Of a stretch of 64,000 nt of DNA, positions 39,934 to 58,677 are shown one piece after another. The translations under genes and the position numbers were made by a program. The stretch's first letter is position 1. Every line of letters begins with the position of its first letter. The DNA is taken from positions 62,001-126,000 of the forward strand of contig ADNK01000135.1 of the NCBI GenBank assembly GCA_000320545.1. Reading direction: 5' to 3'. The notes under the pieces are model-generated. The model searched no databases, was not told where the DNA came from, and was given only the letters and a program-made list of their open reading frames with translations. Source of the stretch: Bigelowiella natans CCMP2755. Its lineage: Eukaryota; Protista; Cercozoa.

Positions 39934-40284
39934 CAGGTTCGTAAGCAGTTCCCAGAATGGTTTCTAACCTTCAATTTTCAGTCGCGAAAAGAAATAGACG
40001 ATGGCGCTAAGACTGCCCAAGATCGTATTGATGAAGCGGCTATCGACGAGCAACTCTCGATGTCACAAATGCAGGATTCTCCTTTGTCTTCAACAGGAAT
40101 GAACATAGCAATGTCGCATATCCCTTCGAGCGGTTGTAGCGTTAGATATAGTATAAAAAAGAAGAGGAAACACTTTCCTCCCAAAGATGATTGCCACGTC
40201 ATCTCATCAGCATTAGAGATTCTCATGATGCGATCATTTCGTCAACGTTACGACATGCTATTCTACTACCATAAATGCTTGTAA
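25745..40284 (+). CDS. Large multi-exon hypothetical gene (possibly more than one) with N-terminal UBA-like helices; exon structure only partly resolved
   Basis: Repeated AG/GT-bounded coding-like blocks on +, e.g. IEKLKAEGFKNERDTMIAVWRAAGDIELARTYLREK (UBA-like), IGPKQVLKWLKDYVKRHQTF, LFRRFSIDIIPALRTTLLHYP, RRWLFFQYIKDEKQALNFLRESP, RQRKQFLRVITKTF and VRKQFPEWFLTFNF. They are separated by microsatellite-filled introns. Family not recognised. Confidence 0.45.
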
Positions 40285-40450
40285 GCTTCCTTACTCTTCT
40301 TTGTGGTGTTTCTCTATTGCTTCATTTAGTTACCGAACCATATTTCCATACTACCACTGTTAATGATGGAATTGATCTAAAGTAATATAAGGAGGGGAAG
40401 GAGCAATATCATAGAAAGCCAAATACGCGACCACCACCACCATTATCATC
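26500..40450. repeat. Microsatellite-saturated intronic domain: (TA)n, (CA/TG)n, (GA/TC)n, (CAT/GAT)n, (CTA/TAG)n, (GAG)n, (GTT)n, poly-G/C
   Basis: Visible runs, e.g. 28225 (GAA)n, 29124 (TA)n, 30091-30167 (CA)n(TA)n, 31238 (GAT)n, 33670 (CTA)n, 33866 (GA)n and 38127 (GTA)n. Similar runs occur in the ABCC and PPOX introns. Confidence 0.9.
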
Positions 40451-40912
40451 ACCATCATCATCATCATCACCATCATTATCTCAACTGCCATTCCAGTAAA
40501 AGGAGCAACTTGACCACTACCAAATCACAACAACGCATAAGTTTCCTTTGAATATATGAATGTGTGCACCTCTTCACTACTGTGGCCACGCTGCTGCTGT
40601 GATGATACTCTTTATTTATATGAAGGCACCCATTTGAATATAAAGCTAATACGAAGAAGCCTGATGATCAATTCGCGATCAATAAGATATTCCTCCGCTT
40701 TGCCAAGGAGAGAACGCCGGATGCAAATATCTTCCTCTACGAAATAAATGTGTGCTTATGCGTGTGTGCAACTATGTATATCCACGAGCATTAGTGCACG
40801 TGTGACTGCTCTCTATCTTTTTCTACACATTCACCATCTGTATCGAAATACATTTGTAATGCGTGCTCCTCTTTGCAGCTTTCTAGCATGTAACAACTCA
40901 AACGACATTCAG

Positions 40913-41654
40913 GTACTGGATACCGTTCCGGTCACCAAAAAGCTGAAAGAAGTAGAGCATCAAACTCTGCAATCTAAAGGGAAAAAGTCCACCAAACAGA
41001 AGAAGCTTTGGTGCTGCAGTAGCGGCGACGAGGAGGAAGTCAAAAGCCAGAATACTCCTGATCCAAACCCGACAACAACTGGGAAGAAACTCAGGAAGAT
41101 GCGAGTTGAATCGAGCACCCACGACGACAAAAAGTCCAAGTTTATATTTGAAAACCACATCATTGAATTCGGAGAGGGTAGGTGGATTAAGAATGTAGTG
41201 ATGGCTCTTCATGGCAGGAATGGCACGGATATTGGAAGCGCTTACGATTGTCAGAGCGGCTATACCGTCACTAGCCTCCGCTTTCAAACTGGGGGGCCAG
41301 ACGAAGACAAATTTGCAGACGGCAATAGATGGTAAGATGCAGCAATTAATGATGAGCACTAAACCCAACCGAGATCTTTATTTTATATATCATCGCAACA
41401 GCATCCTCATATGACTATGGGGGCTACTACTGAACTTTTTATCATCCTCCAGGTTTGGAAAGAAGCCTATCGAGCCAGCAGTATCCATCGACATTGGCGA
41501 GACTTTATCCTCGGGGAAGAAACCTTACACAATAGCAGCTGTGGTCGGTCTGAGTGGCCAAAAGTCGAAGCATCATGGAGTTACAGTACTGGTATGGAAG
41601 ATTAGGGAATTTAACAACAAATTAGGAAATACATCGTTCAATATGGCGAAATGA
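40913..41654 (+). CDS. Exons encoding a jacalin-like (beta-prism) domain; start not identified, may be joined to upstream exons
   Basis: IEFGEGRWIKNVVMALHG...YTVTSLRFQT...RW|FG...YTIAAVVGLSG...GVTVL resembles the jacalin repeat pattern. GT-AG intron at about 41332-41452. Confidence 0.4.
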
Positions 41655-43305
41655 AACAGTAGCTCAGAGTATAGCATGAGAACGTTAAGTGCGTTCGACA
41701 CAGCAGCAATGAAATTATATTGCTAGAGTGATCTAAATGCTCGCCTACGTTTCAAATTATTGAGAAAATAAATTACGTATATGTGTCAGCAGCATAGAAT
41801 ATATATGAGTTTGTCATTGGTTATAGCTGCGTCGCGATCTTGCTATCATGTGCCACGACATGAAGGTTTATGCCTTTTTGAAGTATTCTGTTGATATAGC
41901 CTTAAGAGATGTGACAACCATAATGCTCATAATTATAGCGTTATAGTGTACGATTGTCAAAACGTGTTCGTAGTAGCACAACATGCTGTACGTATGACCA
42001 CCTATGCCTTCGGTGTGAATAAAGGTAATGCTTTTGTCAGATGTGGCGATGCTATGATGCCTGAGTGACATGAATTATCATGATAAATTTACTGCATGGA
42101 CACATTTCTGGACGCATGGATTTGGTTTAAGCTCCGGATTTAGTCATTGTTTAGTACAGCTAGCTAGCTAGAGAGCGACGTGAGAGTGTGGGGCTAAATG
42201 GAATATGAGCGTGTGCATCGTATACAATGTACCTTAATGCAAATGTGTGTGTGTGCGTAAAGTACACATGCTGAATAGTTGCACAAAATTTCAAATATCT
42301 CCATTTAGCTTTGTAATGAAAACATTTTGATCATTATAGCGTGATGATAACTCATTTTCTATGCACAATCTCTCTTTTCATCATCGATGCCTTTTTACAT
42401 CATCGGCCATATTCGTCCTTAAGATTGACCGCTGGTGCACACGGCGGATACTATTTTCCCTCACTTCGGCTGACTATGGAGGTGGGGGGCTTTGTTTAGC
42501 AATGGCAGTGTCATTTCTTGGAGCAAAATTCGATCGGGGCCTCTCGCCTTGAAAAGGCTCTTGCTGAGTGCTGTCTCGATGCCCCTAGTTATCTATTCCA
42601 CTGTAGATGCGATAGTCGAATTGGAAACACTTAAGGTAGAAAAGTAGTCAGCCTACACTGTGCAATGTTCTGAGAATGACTCGCATGTATGACATGTGAA
42701 CATTGCATCATGTTAAAATAAGGGGGGGGGGGGGTTGGAGGGGGTGGAGGGATTAAAATCCATGTTTATGTTTATAACTTCGAATGTGAAGTCTAATAAA
42801 CCAAGCACATAGGTGCATGGCACAACGCCATGAGTTCTGCCGTGGCGCTAATGAAATGAGCACCCATCTTTCTGATGAGCATCTTTCTGCTACCCGTGAA
42901 AATTCGACATCATCGACGAGCATGAAAACACATGATATTTTTGTCCTGCGACATGGAAAAACTGCTGTCCGTCTCAGTCGCACTCAGACGGTAGATCTAG
43001 TGGTTTGAATTTTCACGATATTTCCCGTACGATGTGCAGAGTTCCTGGAACTTTCTTGGTAGAAAACTGCTGCTGCTGTCTGTCCGACCTCCTCGTGTTC
43101 GGATTCACGGAAGATAAGAAAAGCCGTGCTTTAGCTTGCATGAATGCACTCATTTCAGGTTTTTTTCGTGAAAATGATGCAATTTGCACTGGATATTTGT
43201 AGTGCGACAAAGGTGACAATTGTACTTGTAAGACATAAATAGCTACGAGACTTCACTGCCTTCTCCTCCCGGCTTTGAGATCGGCAGAGGCAGGACAGTT
43301 TTCAA

Positions 43306-50577
<7,272 letters not shown>

Positions 50578-53500
50578 TGCCATGTGATTGCATTTCTGAT
50601 GCGGAGAACAATTTTGAGTCACACAAATGCATGTTCATGTGTCACATTGACATCAAGCAATGCAATTCACATTTTGGTGAAATGGTTGAATGTGGTGATG
50701 ATTTGAGGGACTGTCTGGTCTGTGCTTCACGCTGGCTTTTGATCCTGCTTTCACGTGAAACAACGACAGATCACAGCAAGTCTCTTTCATGGAAATTGCA
50801 AATTGGACCGGCAATGTCACAGCATCGCACTCTGCACAGCTAGACAGACACGCAAGGCTGCACAGCGCACTGGCGCACCCGGATTCAGAACACACGTTCT
50901 CTGAGACACGCTGGCACGTGTGACTGATTGAGAACAGGTGTGTGAAACTGCACGTGCGTGCGCTGTGCAGACACGTGAGGCCATGCAACTCATGCATCCA
51001 CACACGTGGCAGGAAACAACCATTGCATCGTGTGTTCCACGACTGGTGCTGCGCCCGTGGTCACGTCGATTTTTTCACGTGCGTCCAAGCGCACGTCCGC
51101 AAGCGGCCGTGTCTTGTTGCGCTCAAAAACAGAAGACTGTTGTCAACTTTTGCAATTTTGCGTCTCAGCACACCGGACCTTCGCCATTCGAGAGCCGCTG
51201 TCGTGGTGCGTTTCCCACTCAAATTGCGCAGAGTTTCGAGCAAGGCAAAAAAAGTCGATTTTGAGCGTTTTTTCATGCACTTGCGGCGGGCATCGCCAAA
51301 TCGTGTGGCAATGCAGCCTGCACTTGTGCAAGTCATTGCGTGCCAGCGTGCAATTTTCACATCAACGTGCGTGCGATTGGTGAGTGGTGCACGCAACGTG
51401 TGAACTCGGCGACGCCTGGCCAGCTGGAGCCATTGTTGTTGCCGAACGTTGTCAATTTGGGTGCTTTGGGAACGCCTTTTGCGTGTTTTTTCTTCCCACT
51501 CTTGTTTTTTCGAGACGGAGCAGAGCAAGCAGGTTTCTTTCTTTTGGACTGGTGTTGCAAACGGAAAGGAAAGCAGGAGTGTTGTGAAAGGAGGAGTCTT
51601 GGGAACAAAAAGGAAAGGAGGAGTGTCACGAAAGGAGGAGTGTCACCAAGGAGGAGAGGAGAAGTGTTGCAAACAAAAAGGAAAGGAGGAGTGTCACGAA
51701 AGGAGGAGTGTCACGAACAGGAAGGAAAGGAGGAGTGTCACGAACAGGGAGGAAAGGAGGAGTGTTGCAAGAAAAGGAGTGTTGTGAACAAAAAGGAAAG
51801 GAGAAGTGTTGTGAACAGAGAGGAAAGGAGGAGTGTCGTGAAAGGAGGAGTGTTGTCAAGAAGGAAAGGAGAAGTGTCACAAACAGGAAGGAAAGGATGC
51901 GTCGTCCACGAACTCTTCTTTTGCTCCAGGAGACTGAGAGGGCGTGCAGCCTGCAGGCCCTTCACTCATTGCACGGCAGAGAGTCGGCGGCAGCAGGAGG
52001 ACCCCACACTTCCCAAGACGTGGTTCGAAGTTGCAGGCTGGCTCCAAGCACCGGCATTGGAACTCGAACGTGAGGACGATGTCACGCCCATCGAGTTCGT
52101 GAAAACTTGCTCCCGTTGCACGCAACGTGCCAACAGGAAGCTCCGCGATTTCTCCCTCGACGGTGACTTCGAGGACGACTTCGTTGCTTTCGACCTCGAA
52201 CAAGCTGACGACAAAGAGTTCCCAGGTGCTCCAGTCTTCGAGCAACTTCCGCCACCGCCCCAAGGAGGAGCAAAGCCTCCGAGGCCTCCTCCGTTGAAGC
52301 GACAACGGCACGACTCTCCTTGTCCTCCAACGCCATCGCCAACCACTTCGTGGTCACCTCTCTTGGTTGGGTCTGAGGACTTCCAAGAAGCCTTGTGGGA
52401 GGACCAGTCTTCTTGCTGCTCCAAGGACCCCCGAGCCACCAAGCGTGTCAAGGAAGAGCACCGTTCTGCTCACGCCAGCACGCTGGCACGCTCGTGAAGT
52501 CTGAGGACTTGCGGTCTGGGTGCTGTCAAGTCGTGGCGCCAACCCACTGAAGGCAGACGTTGGTCCGCACCTTGCGGGGGAAACAGGGTCCCAGCGCAAA
52601 AATCGAACGAACGAGTGGGAAAAGGCTCCAGCAAAGTCTGCATTGAAGCCTGCGTGCAACCAACGTCGCACGAAGTTTCCCAGGTCGAACGAAGAGTCCT
52701 GGGAAGGACAATCGTGCAGCTGCGTCAATGGACTTCGATGAACAGAGGGGCGCAGAGCACGAAACGTTGACCAACAAACGCTGGCACGTCAATTGTCGTG
52801 CCAGAACGTTCGAAGTTGCAGTGACGAGTGAACGTTTGGGCCTGTTCAACCTCGTTCGCAACTGCTCGTTGACCCGTTCCAGAGTTTGGAGGAGGACAGC
52901 AAAAAAAGCAAAGCCGTGGGACTTCCCGGGAAGCAGTGAACGCACGAAACGTTGTGGTGCGTTTCAGCGTTGGTGGTTCCGCCAACGTGCAGCTGAACCA
53001 GCCAGCCAGTGAACTTGCACGAAAAGTCACCAGGACCAGAGGAGTGCTCACTCCTGACCCACTTCCTCCTCCGAAAAGTGAACGAGCAAACTGACTCGAT
53101 GAACGAGTGAAGTCTCCAATGGTTCAGCTGGAAGGATCGTTGTGGACGTGCGTTGAGTTTGCTCCTTCCTGAACAAACAAGAGCATCGTTTCCACTCGCC
53201 GGCGTCCACGAACGAGTGAATGGCAACAAGACCAACAGAGTGTTTCCAAGCACACAAGGAAAAGACCACAACGGAAAAAGTGGTTGTGCCTCTGGGACCT
53301 GAATTGCGGTCATTGAACGTTGAACACCAAACGAAGCGTGTCAGCGGTCAGAAAAAGAAGGAAGCGCACACTTGCTTCCTTGGAAGGAGGGGTAGTTTCT
53401 GCTTGCAAGTTGAATCTTGGTGACACAGGAAAATGCAGTCCAATTTCGTCCAATGATTTGGATTCTTGTTGTCTTCTGTCTGAAATCTCAAGTGGGCCTC

Positions 53501-53580
53501 CTTGGTTCTTCCATCGACCAAACAATGTTTCAGCTTGACCCTCACCTTCCGGGGTCCGCATTTTCCCGAGTTCCTCTGCA
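50578..53580. other. Largest TpA-void island; probable hypermutated transposon/repeat relic
   Basis: One CTAG at about 50840, then no TA from about 50843 to 53392 by my reading. All overlapping ORFs lack Tyr and are Cys/His-rich. Confidence 0.9.
51553..51905 (+). repeat. Purine-rich minisatellite, about 14 units of (ggaaaggag)gagtgtYRYRaa(ca)
   Basis: Units share aggaggagtgt and then vary as tgca, tgtg, cacg, caca or cgtg. Confidence 0.85.
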
Positions 53581-54739
53581 ATTAGGAACAATCGACAATT
53601 ACATTCAGGCATTATGGAGACAAAGGGCATGAAAGAAGGGTACATCTACCAGAAATGCTTCCGAATTTTGTTGCAGTAGCAGGAAATTTCCTACCTGCGT
53701 TCGGAGCCCAAATGGGCACTCAAATTCATGCACATGATCACACTTTTGTGTTGTCGCATTCATGAGAGGCCATTCGTTCCTAACTTTGTCCTCACAAACG
53801 AAGAACAACCAGATTTGACCCCCCCACTCTGAATCCACATCCTCATCCATTCCGAACATAACGGGGACTGTTTGTCAACTTCCATTTTAAATAATGATAT
53901 CACGAGCTGCTGCAACAGCGTTTGTGATACCCACGGTGCTCGGTGTTCTCCTCGCCACAGTTTCTTCAATCATGCTGTTCCGAAAGGTCAACTAATCATG
54001 AGGGAAAGGAACCGTGATTGAAGCTATGAATACTTGAAACCAAATATTTTCACGCAAGGCATTTCTTAGATTTAACTCTTATAAACGCTTTTACCGACTA
54101 ACTCTACAGGCCCAAAGACCGTTCGCTTTCGGTGGTCAACTTCTTTCCACAATGGGATCTGCACGGGTAATAATTGTCAATGATGATTGTAAAAGTATAG
54201 TTGGAGATCTCCGTTAGTATTTTTGCGTATTTATTTAAAAACTTGGCGTTTTCTCATGTACAAATGTTCAAAAGGAATCGCCACTGCTGGGAAACTTCCA
54301 GCGTGTATACCCTTTACACACGGAGAGAGAGGTTAATCATCAACCTTCGATGTTCGTGAAGATAAGCCAAGATTCTGCGAAAATACAGAGGAAAGCTGGA
54401 AACGATATTTATTTCATCAACGAGCAGTTCCAACATGAAAATGATTCGTAGTAACGCTTACGTCTACTTCTGAAGTGAGCATAGTTTTTTTTTTTTTTTA
54501 AACATCTTTCTACTTGTAAATAAGCCTGAGATGGGTTAGAATGACGAGGTGAATATTCATAGTATTCCTACGGAGGATAGTAAGAGTTGAATGTATGCAG
54601 CGTACATTGCTCAATGCAGTGAAAGATAAACCCTGTCCATGTATGTATAGAATAAACCAACTGACCATTTCAAAAACATTGATAACATATTCGTGACCTA
54701 TTAAATCGATCATTTATCAATTTCATTGATGCAATTGTA

Positions 54740-55660
54740 ATCACATATAGGATGAACGCAATGCAGTAGCGCTACTAGCTGTGTCATGATTGCAGAGCGC
54801 GCTCATGAAGCATAGCTAGATGTAGTCTAGACTAGCAGATAGCACACACCTGCGCTACACCATTATATAGCTAGATAGCCCGCATGCCTCATTCTACATG
54901 ATGAGCATAGTGCTACACTGTACATATGTGCACTCAGCTAGTACATGCACTAGTGCACAACATTCATGTGCTCTACTGCGGTCTGGCGGTTGTGAATGTG
55001 GGGCATGCAGCACTACTAGACTAGAGCATGTGCTAGTGCACCCGCACGCATTGTCAACACGTTTGTGTGTCTAGCTAGTAGCTATATAAGCTAGCTAGAC
55101 GCATCGTGCGATGAGTCATGCTAGCATGCATCTAGATGTGTCTAGATGTTTGTGGAATGGGGTCAGCTGCACATTGCACCTCTAGACCTGTGCACAGCCA
55201 TCTCTAGCTAGCTAGCTAGGTGTGACGAATCTGCATCGTTTGTTGCATCGCGCCATCTAGCTAGATAGCATGCTAGCTAGCATGTCAATCGAGCATGCCG
55301 TCTAGCTAGCTAGCCGCACCTAGCTAGCTAGCTAGCTAGGTCTAGAGGTGCGTGCGGATGCCTAGCTCCAGAGCTAACTAGCTAGCTAGACTAGTGGATG
55401 CTTCACTGCGCCGTGCTAGCGTGGCTAGCTAGATCTAGAGATTGACGCGCGATGTTGCACCGTTTCATCTAGTGCTGCGTGCGTGCGAAGCAATGGTGAC
55501 ATAGCAGCCCTAACAGCAACAGACTGACAGGCTAGCAGGGCTCGCTCGACATGTGCTATGCTAGCATGCTTGGGCTGCATCTAGAGATCGACGTGGCCAC
55601 ACCGCACCTCATGTCAGACACCTGCTTGCGCATGCTGCATCATGAATCTACTACTACGCA
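54740..55660. other. Partially TpA-depleted, extremely CTAG-rich island
   Basis: Dense CTAG and (CTAG)n runs (55204-55219, 55258-55280, 55302-55345, 55378-55394). Residual TAs are mostly CTA or TAG half-contexts. Confidence 0.75.
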
Positions 55661-55958
55661 CTGATAGAGTGCCTTTCCGTTGCTTGTTTATAATATTCGC
55701 TCTGTTCTACATACGGAAAGTCGTGAAGGACGGCACTATTGCTACTGCTGAAGCAACAATTTATCACTATTAGATTTAATTTTTATATGTCATTTCTTCA
55801 TCATTCGACGACGATGGGACATATGCCTTTGAGAAGTGTTCCTGAATCTTTGATGAACAAGTGACCATAATTTATCTTCCCTTACGAAGCGCTAATTCTC
55901 TACTATTTTACGGGAAAATGATAACTGTAAAAAGGTGTAAATTGAATGCACGGCAGAC

Positions 55959-56579
55959 CTAAGATATGTGTTTCAGTCTATCCTTTAAGGGCCCAATATA
56001 AATCCTCAATGCTTCCTGCTGAGCATGCTTATTCCGAGAATAGTAGTTCCTCAGAAGCTTGCGGGAGAGATACTTGTAATTTTGCTCTTTTGTGGTGACG
56101 TTGATCATATCCCCCAAAGCTGAATATCTTAACGAGTTCCTGGTTGAGAAATATTTTTGGAGACACAATACACGGCATTGTCCCTTGATATCGTTGTTCA
56201 TGCTGCATGAGATCCTGATACTCGGTCGAGCGCTATCAATAACCCCGTAGGGTTTTGAACAATACGCCCATTCATCCACAATATCTCTTCTAATGAAGAT
56301 TTGAAGCAGGTTTCCGATTGGCTTTAATGGTGACACTACACCAGCTTTACCAAAAGTATCAAGAGGAAAGTGGTAATCAGATGCGAGTTTTTTTATTTCC
56401 TTTTTTAACGAGGCTATCTGTGCCAAGCCAAGAATTTTATCGATCAGGCCAACGATGTTTCCCGCACAGTAACCATAACCAAAGTTTTCGGGTATTGCTT
56501 CGTTCGCAGCCAAAGAGGTGTTCGCGCAAATAGCTCCCCCTTTGAAGTCTGGATGATGATCGTTTTTGCAGGTCCACAC
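55959..56579 (-). CDS. Intronless hypothetical ORF, apparently 5'-truncated at a TpA-depleted island (possible pseudogene or acquired fragment)
   Basis: 206-codon open frame with normal Tyr content and globular-looking motifs (GNLLQIFIRRDIVDEWAYCSKPYG, KGQCRVL). No ATG start; the frame runs into TA-void DNA at about 56560. Confidence 0.4.
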   Translation of the reverse strand: MWTCKNDHHPDFKGGAICANTSLAANEAIPENFGYGYCAGNIVGLIDKILGLAQIASLKKEIKKLASDYHFPLDTFGKAGVVSPLKPIGNLLQIFIRRDIVDEWAYCSKPYGVIDSARPSIRISCSMNNDIKGQCRVLCLQKYFSTRNSLRYSALGDMINVTTKEQNYKYLSRKLLRNYYSRNKHAQQEALRIYIGPLKDRLKHIS

Positions 56580-57330
56580 GGCTGGACGGGGTGCTAGGTG
56601 ACCCAGTGACCCAACTAGCCAACGAAAAACGCAGCCAGCGTGCGTGCTGGCTAGCTGGCGTGTGCCGGTGCAACAATCGTTGCCGAAAAGTCGTCACAGC
56701 CGGATCGGAGGGTCACACATCAGGTGCATGTGACATGATCAACAACGATGCGTGCCAGCGTGCGCGTGCGAGGCCTTCTAGCCCACGTCTAGACGTGCTG
56801 GTGGTGCAATGTCATTGGTGTTGAACTGAACCTTGCTAGCTTGTCAGCTAGAAACGCAAAAACTTGTCGCAGAAGTTGGCAAACCTCATCTGCAACTGAC
56901 TTCTTTGTGACCAGTCAACGTTGCACTAACAAGCTAGTTCTAGAGTTCACAGCATGCATCGCATGGTTTCACGGTGTGCAATTTGATTGCATGAAACACA
57001 TTGTAGCGGAGACCAACAGATTCAACATTAGCGCTTTAGCCGCTGCATTGCACAACTACATGAGGGTGCATGCTAGCATGACCATTAAACAAATTTAACA
57101 AATTGATTGCATCCGTCTTGCGGTGTGCAATACGTGCACATGCAGATGTTGCTGTCCACAATTGCTAGATTCGATAGACTGCTAGACTAGTCCACGCGAT
57201 GAACGCGCATGGTCACGCAAGTGATTTTGTATGTGCAGGCACATCTGCACAGTGGTCAAGCTGCACATCACATTGTTGTCCGAGGATCTTCAAGCTCACG
57301 CATTGACTAGTGATGAGCGATGCGATGTTC
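56540..57330. other. TpA-depleted, CTAG-retaining island downstream of PPOX
   Basis: 56540-57000 has TA almost only in CTAG. It contains a copy of the dispersed 55-bp repeat at about 57074-57125. Confidence 0.75.
57074..57125 (+). repeat. Dispersed ~55-bp repeat copy
   Basis: tagcatgaccattaaacaaatttaacaaattgattgcatccgtcttgcgg. Upstream gctttagccgctg...caactacatgagggtg at about 57033-57068 matches the left part of the family. Confidence 0.7.
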
Positions 57331-57419
57331 CATCGCATTACAATGTTTGTAATGACCGACATTGACATTTACACATTTTTTTTATAATTTTCTTCGCAAT
57401 GAATGACGACATTAAACAA

Positions 57420-57920
57420 TCATGTTTTCAAATTTTGAAGCAAAGAGTCCGCGGCATTTTTCCCACTCGTTATGCAATCGTGAACCTTCTCGACAAAACA
57501 AATCAAAACCAACACAATGACACGTGATTTCACAGTTTTATTGACTTTTTCAAATATTATGGTGCGTCTCGTGAAATCATCATACCGAAACCCCATCAAA
57601 CGATGCTCCAGCTACTTGCAAACTGGGAGGAAGATCTTCTCGAATGTCACAAACATTTTTTATGTGTCCAACCTGAGGTCGCACATGCATGGTATGGGAT
57701 CGATATTACTGCTTATTTTTGACCGACTAATGCTTCTCAACTCCACACTTTTTACAGCGTAGATGACCACCTGGTAGTGGGCAATAGACTCCTTTGCATA
57801 TGATATATTGAACACCGCATCGTGAGGAGGCAATACCTACGAAATTTTAATATTTGTGGTAGTTAAATATGCATAAATTATTATCAGATACACACGCACG
57901 CACACACACACACACACGCA

Positions 57921-57965
<45 letters not shown>

Positions 57966-58061
57966 CTCATCTACATATATAATCGGAGACTTACCCCTAA
58001 ATGCTTGTATACCGCTTCCCTGCACGAATAAATAAGCAGTGAAGTAAGTTGTTACCACGTG

Positions 58062-58095
<34 letters not shown>

Positions 58096-58512
58096 TCATA
58101 ATTACGGACTTCAAATTTATTGACGTTGTCTGTTTACTCCAGCTACTACTGCTATAGCTGCTACCGTGCTAGTGCTTCGAGTTTACTCTCAGAATAATTA
58201 AAGGCCTCCTCAATCTGATCCCCTCTGAAAAGTCAAACAGTTGTTAGTTAGTCAGTAGTAGGTACGGTGCATGACCAGATAACGTTGCAAATAAATATTC
58301 GAAGCAGCTCGCTCATCTTCCACGATTGCAGGAGTAGAGAAGAAAACAAAAGAATAATGGCATAGATGTAAGAAGTAGCATGATATCAGAGTTTCGTCGC
58401 GGTTTGAAATGAGAGCGCGGTGTGATATGGGTGGTTGCTTGACCCTATCATAACGGTGTAGCGACGCTGAGAATCGCTTGCATCCCCATACCCTAGGAAA
58501 TATACAGGAAGA

Positions 58513-58559
<47 letters not shown>

Positions 58560-58633
58560 GATGCACAGATTATACCCCCTGACTATCTTCATGTTCTATC
58601 GTATCAATACTCTAAATCACATGATGTTTACGA

Positions 58634-58677
<44 letters not shown>

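Noticed and set aside
51553-51905. Regularly spaced repeat resembling a CRISPR array
   Set aside because: No unique spacers, variable unit length, eukaryotic context and no cas genes; it is a minisatellite.
50653-53423. Many long overlapping ORFs in all six frames (e.g. 51340-52497, 385 aa)
   Set aside because: Artefact of TpA loss: TAA/TAG stops and Tyr codons cannot occur, so frames stay open. The products are Tyr-free, Cys/His-rich and partly minisatellite translation, with no recognisable domain.
53600-54450. Coding-looking fragments on the minus strand next to the large island
   Set aside because: Interrupted by stops and frame changes without clear splice sites, and no family is recognised.
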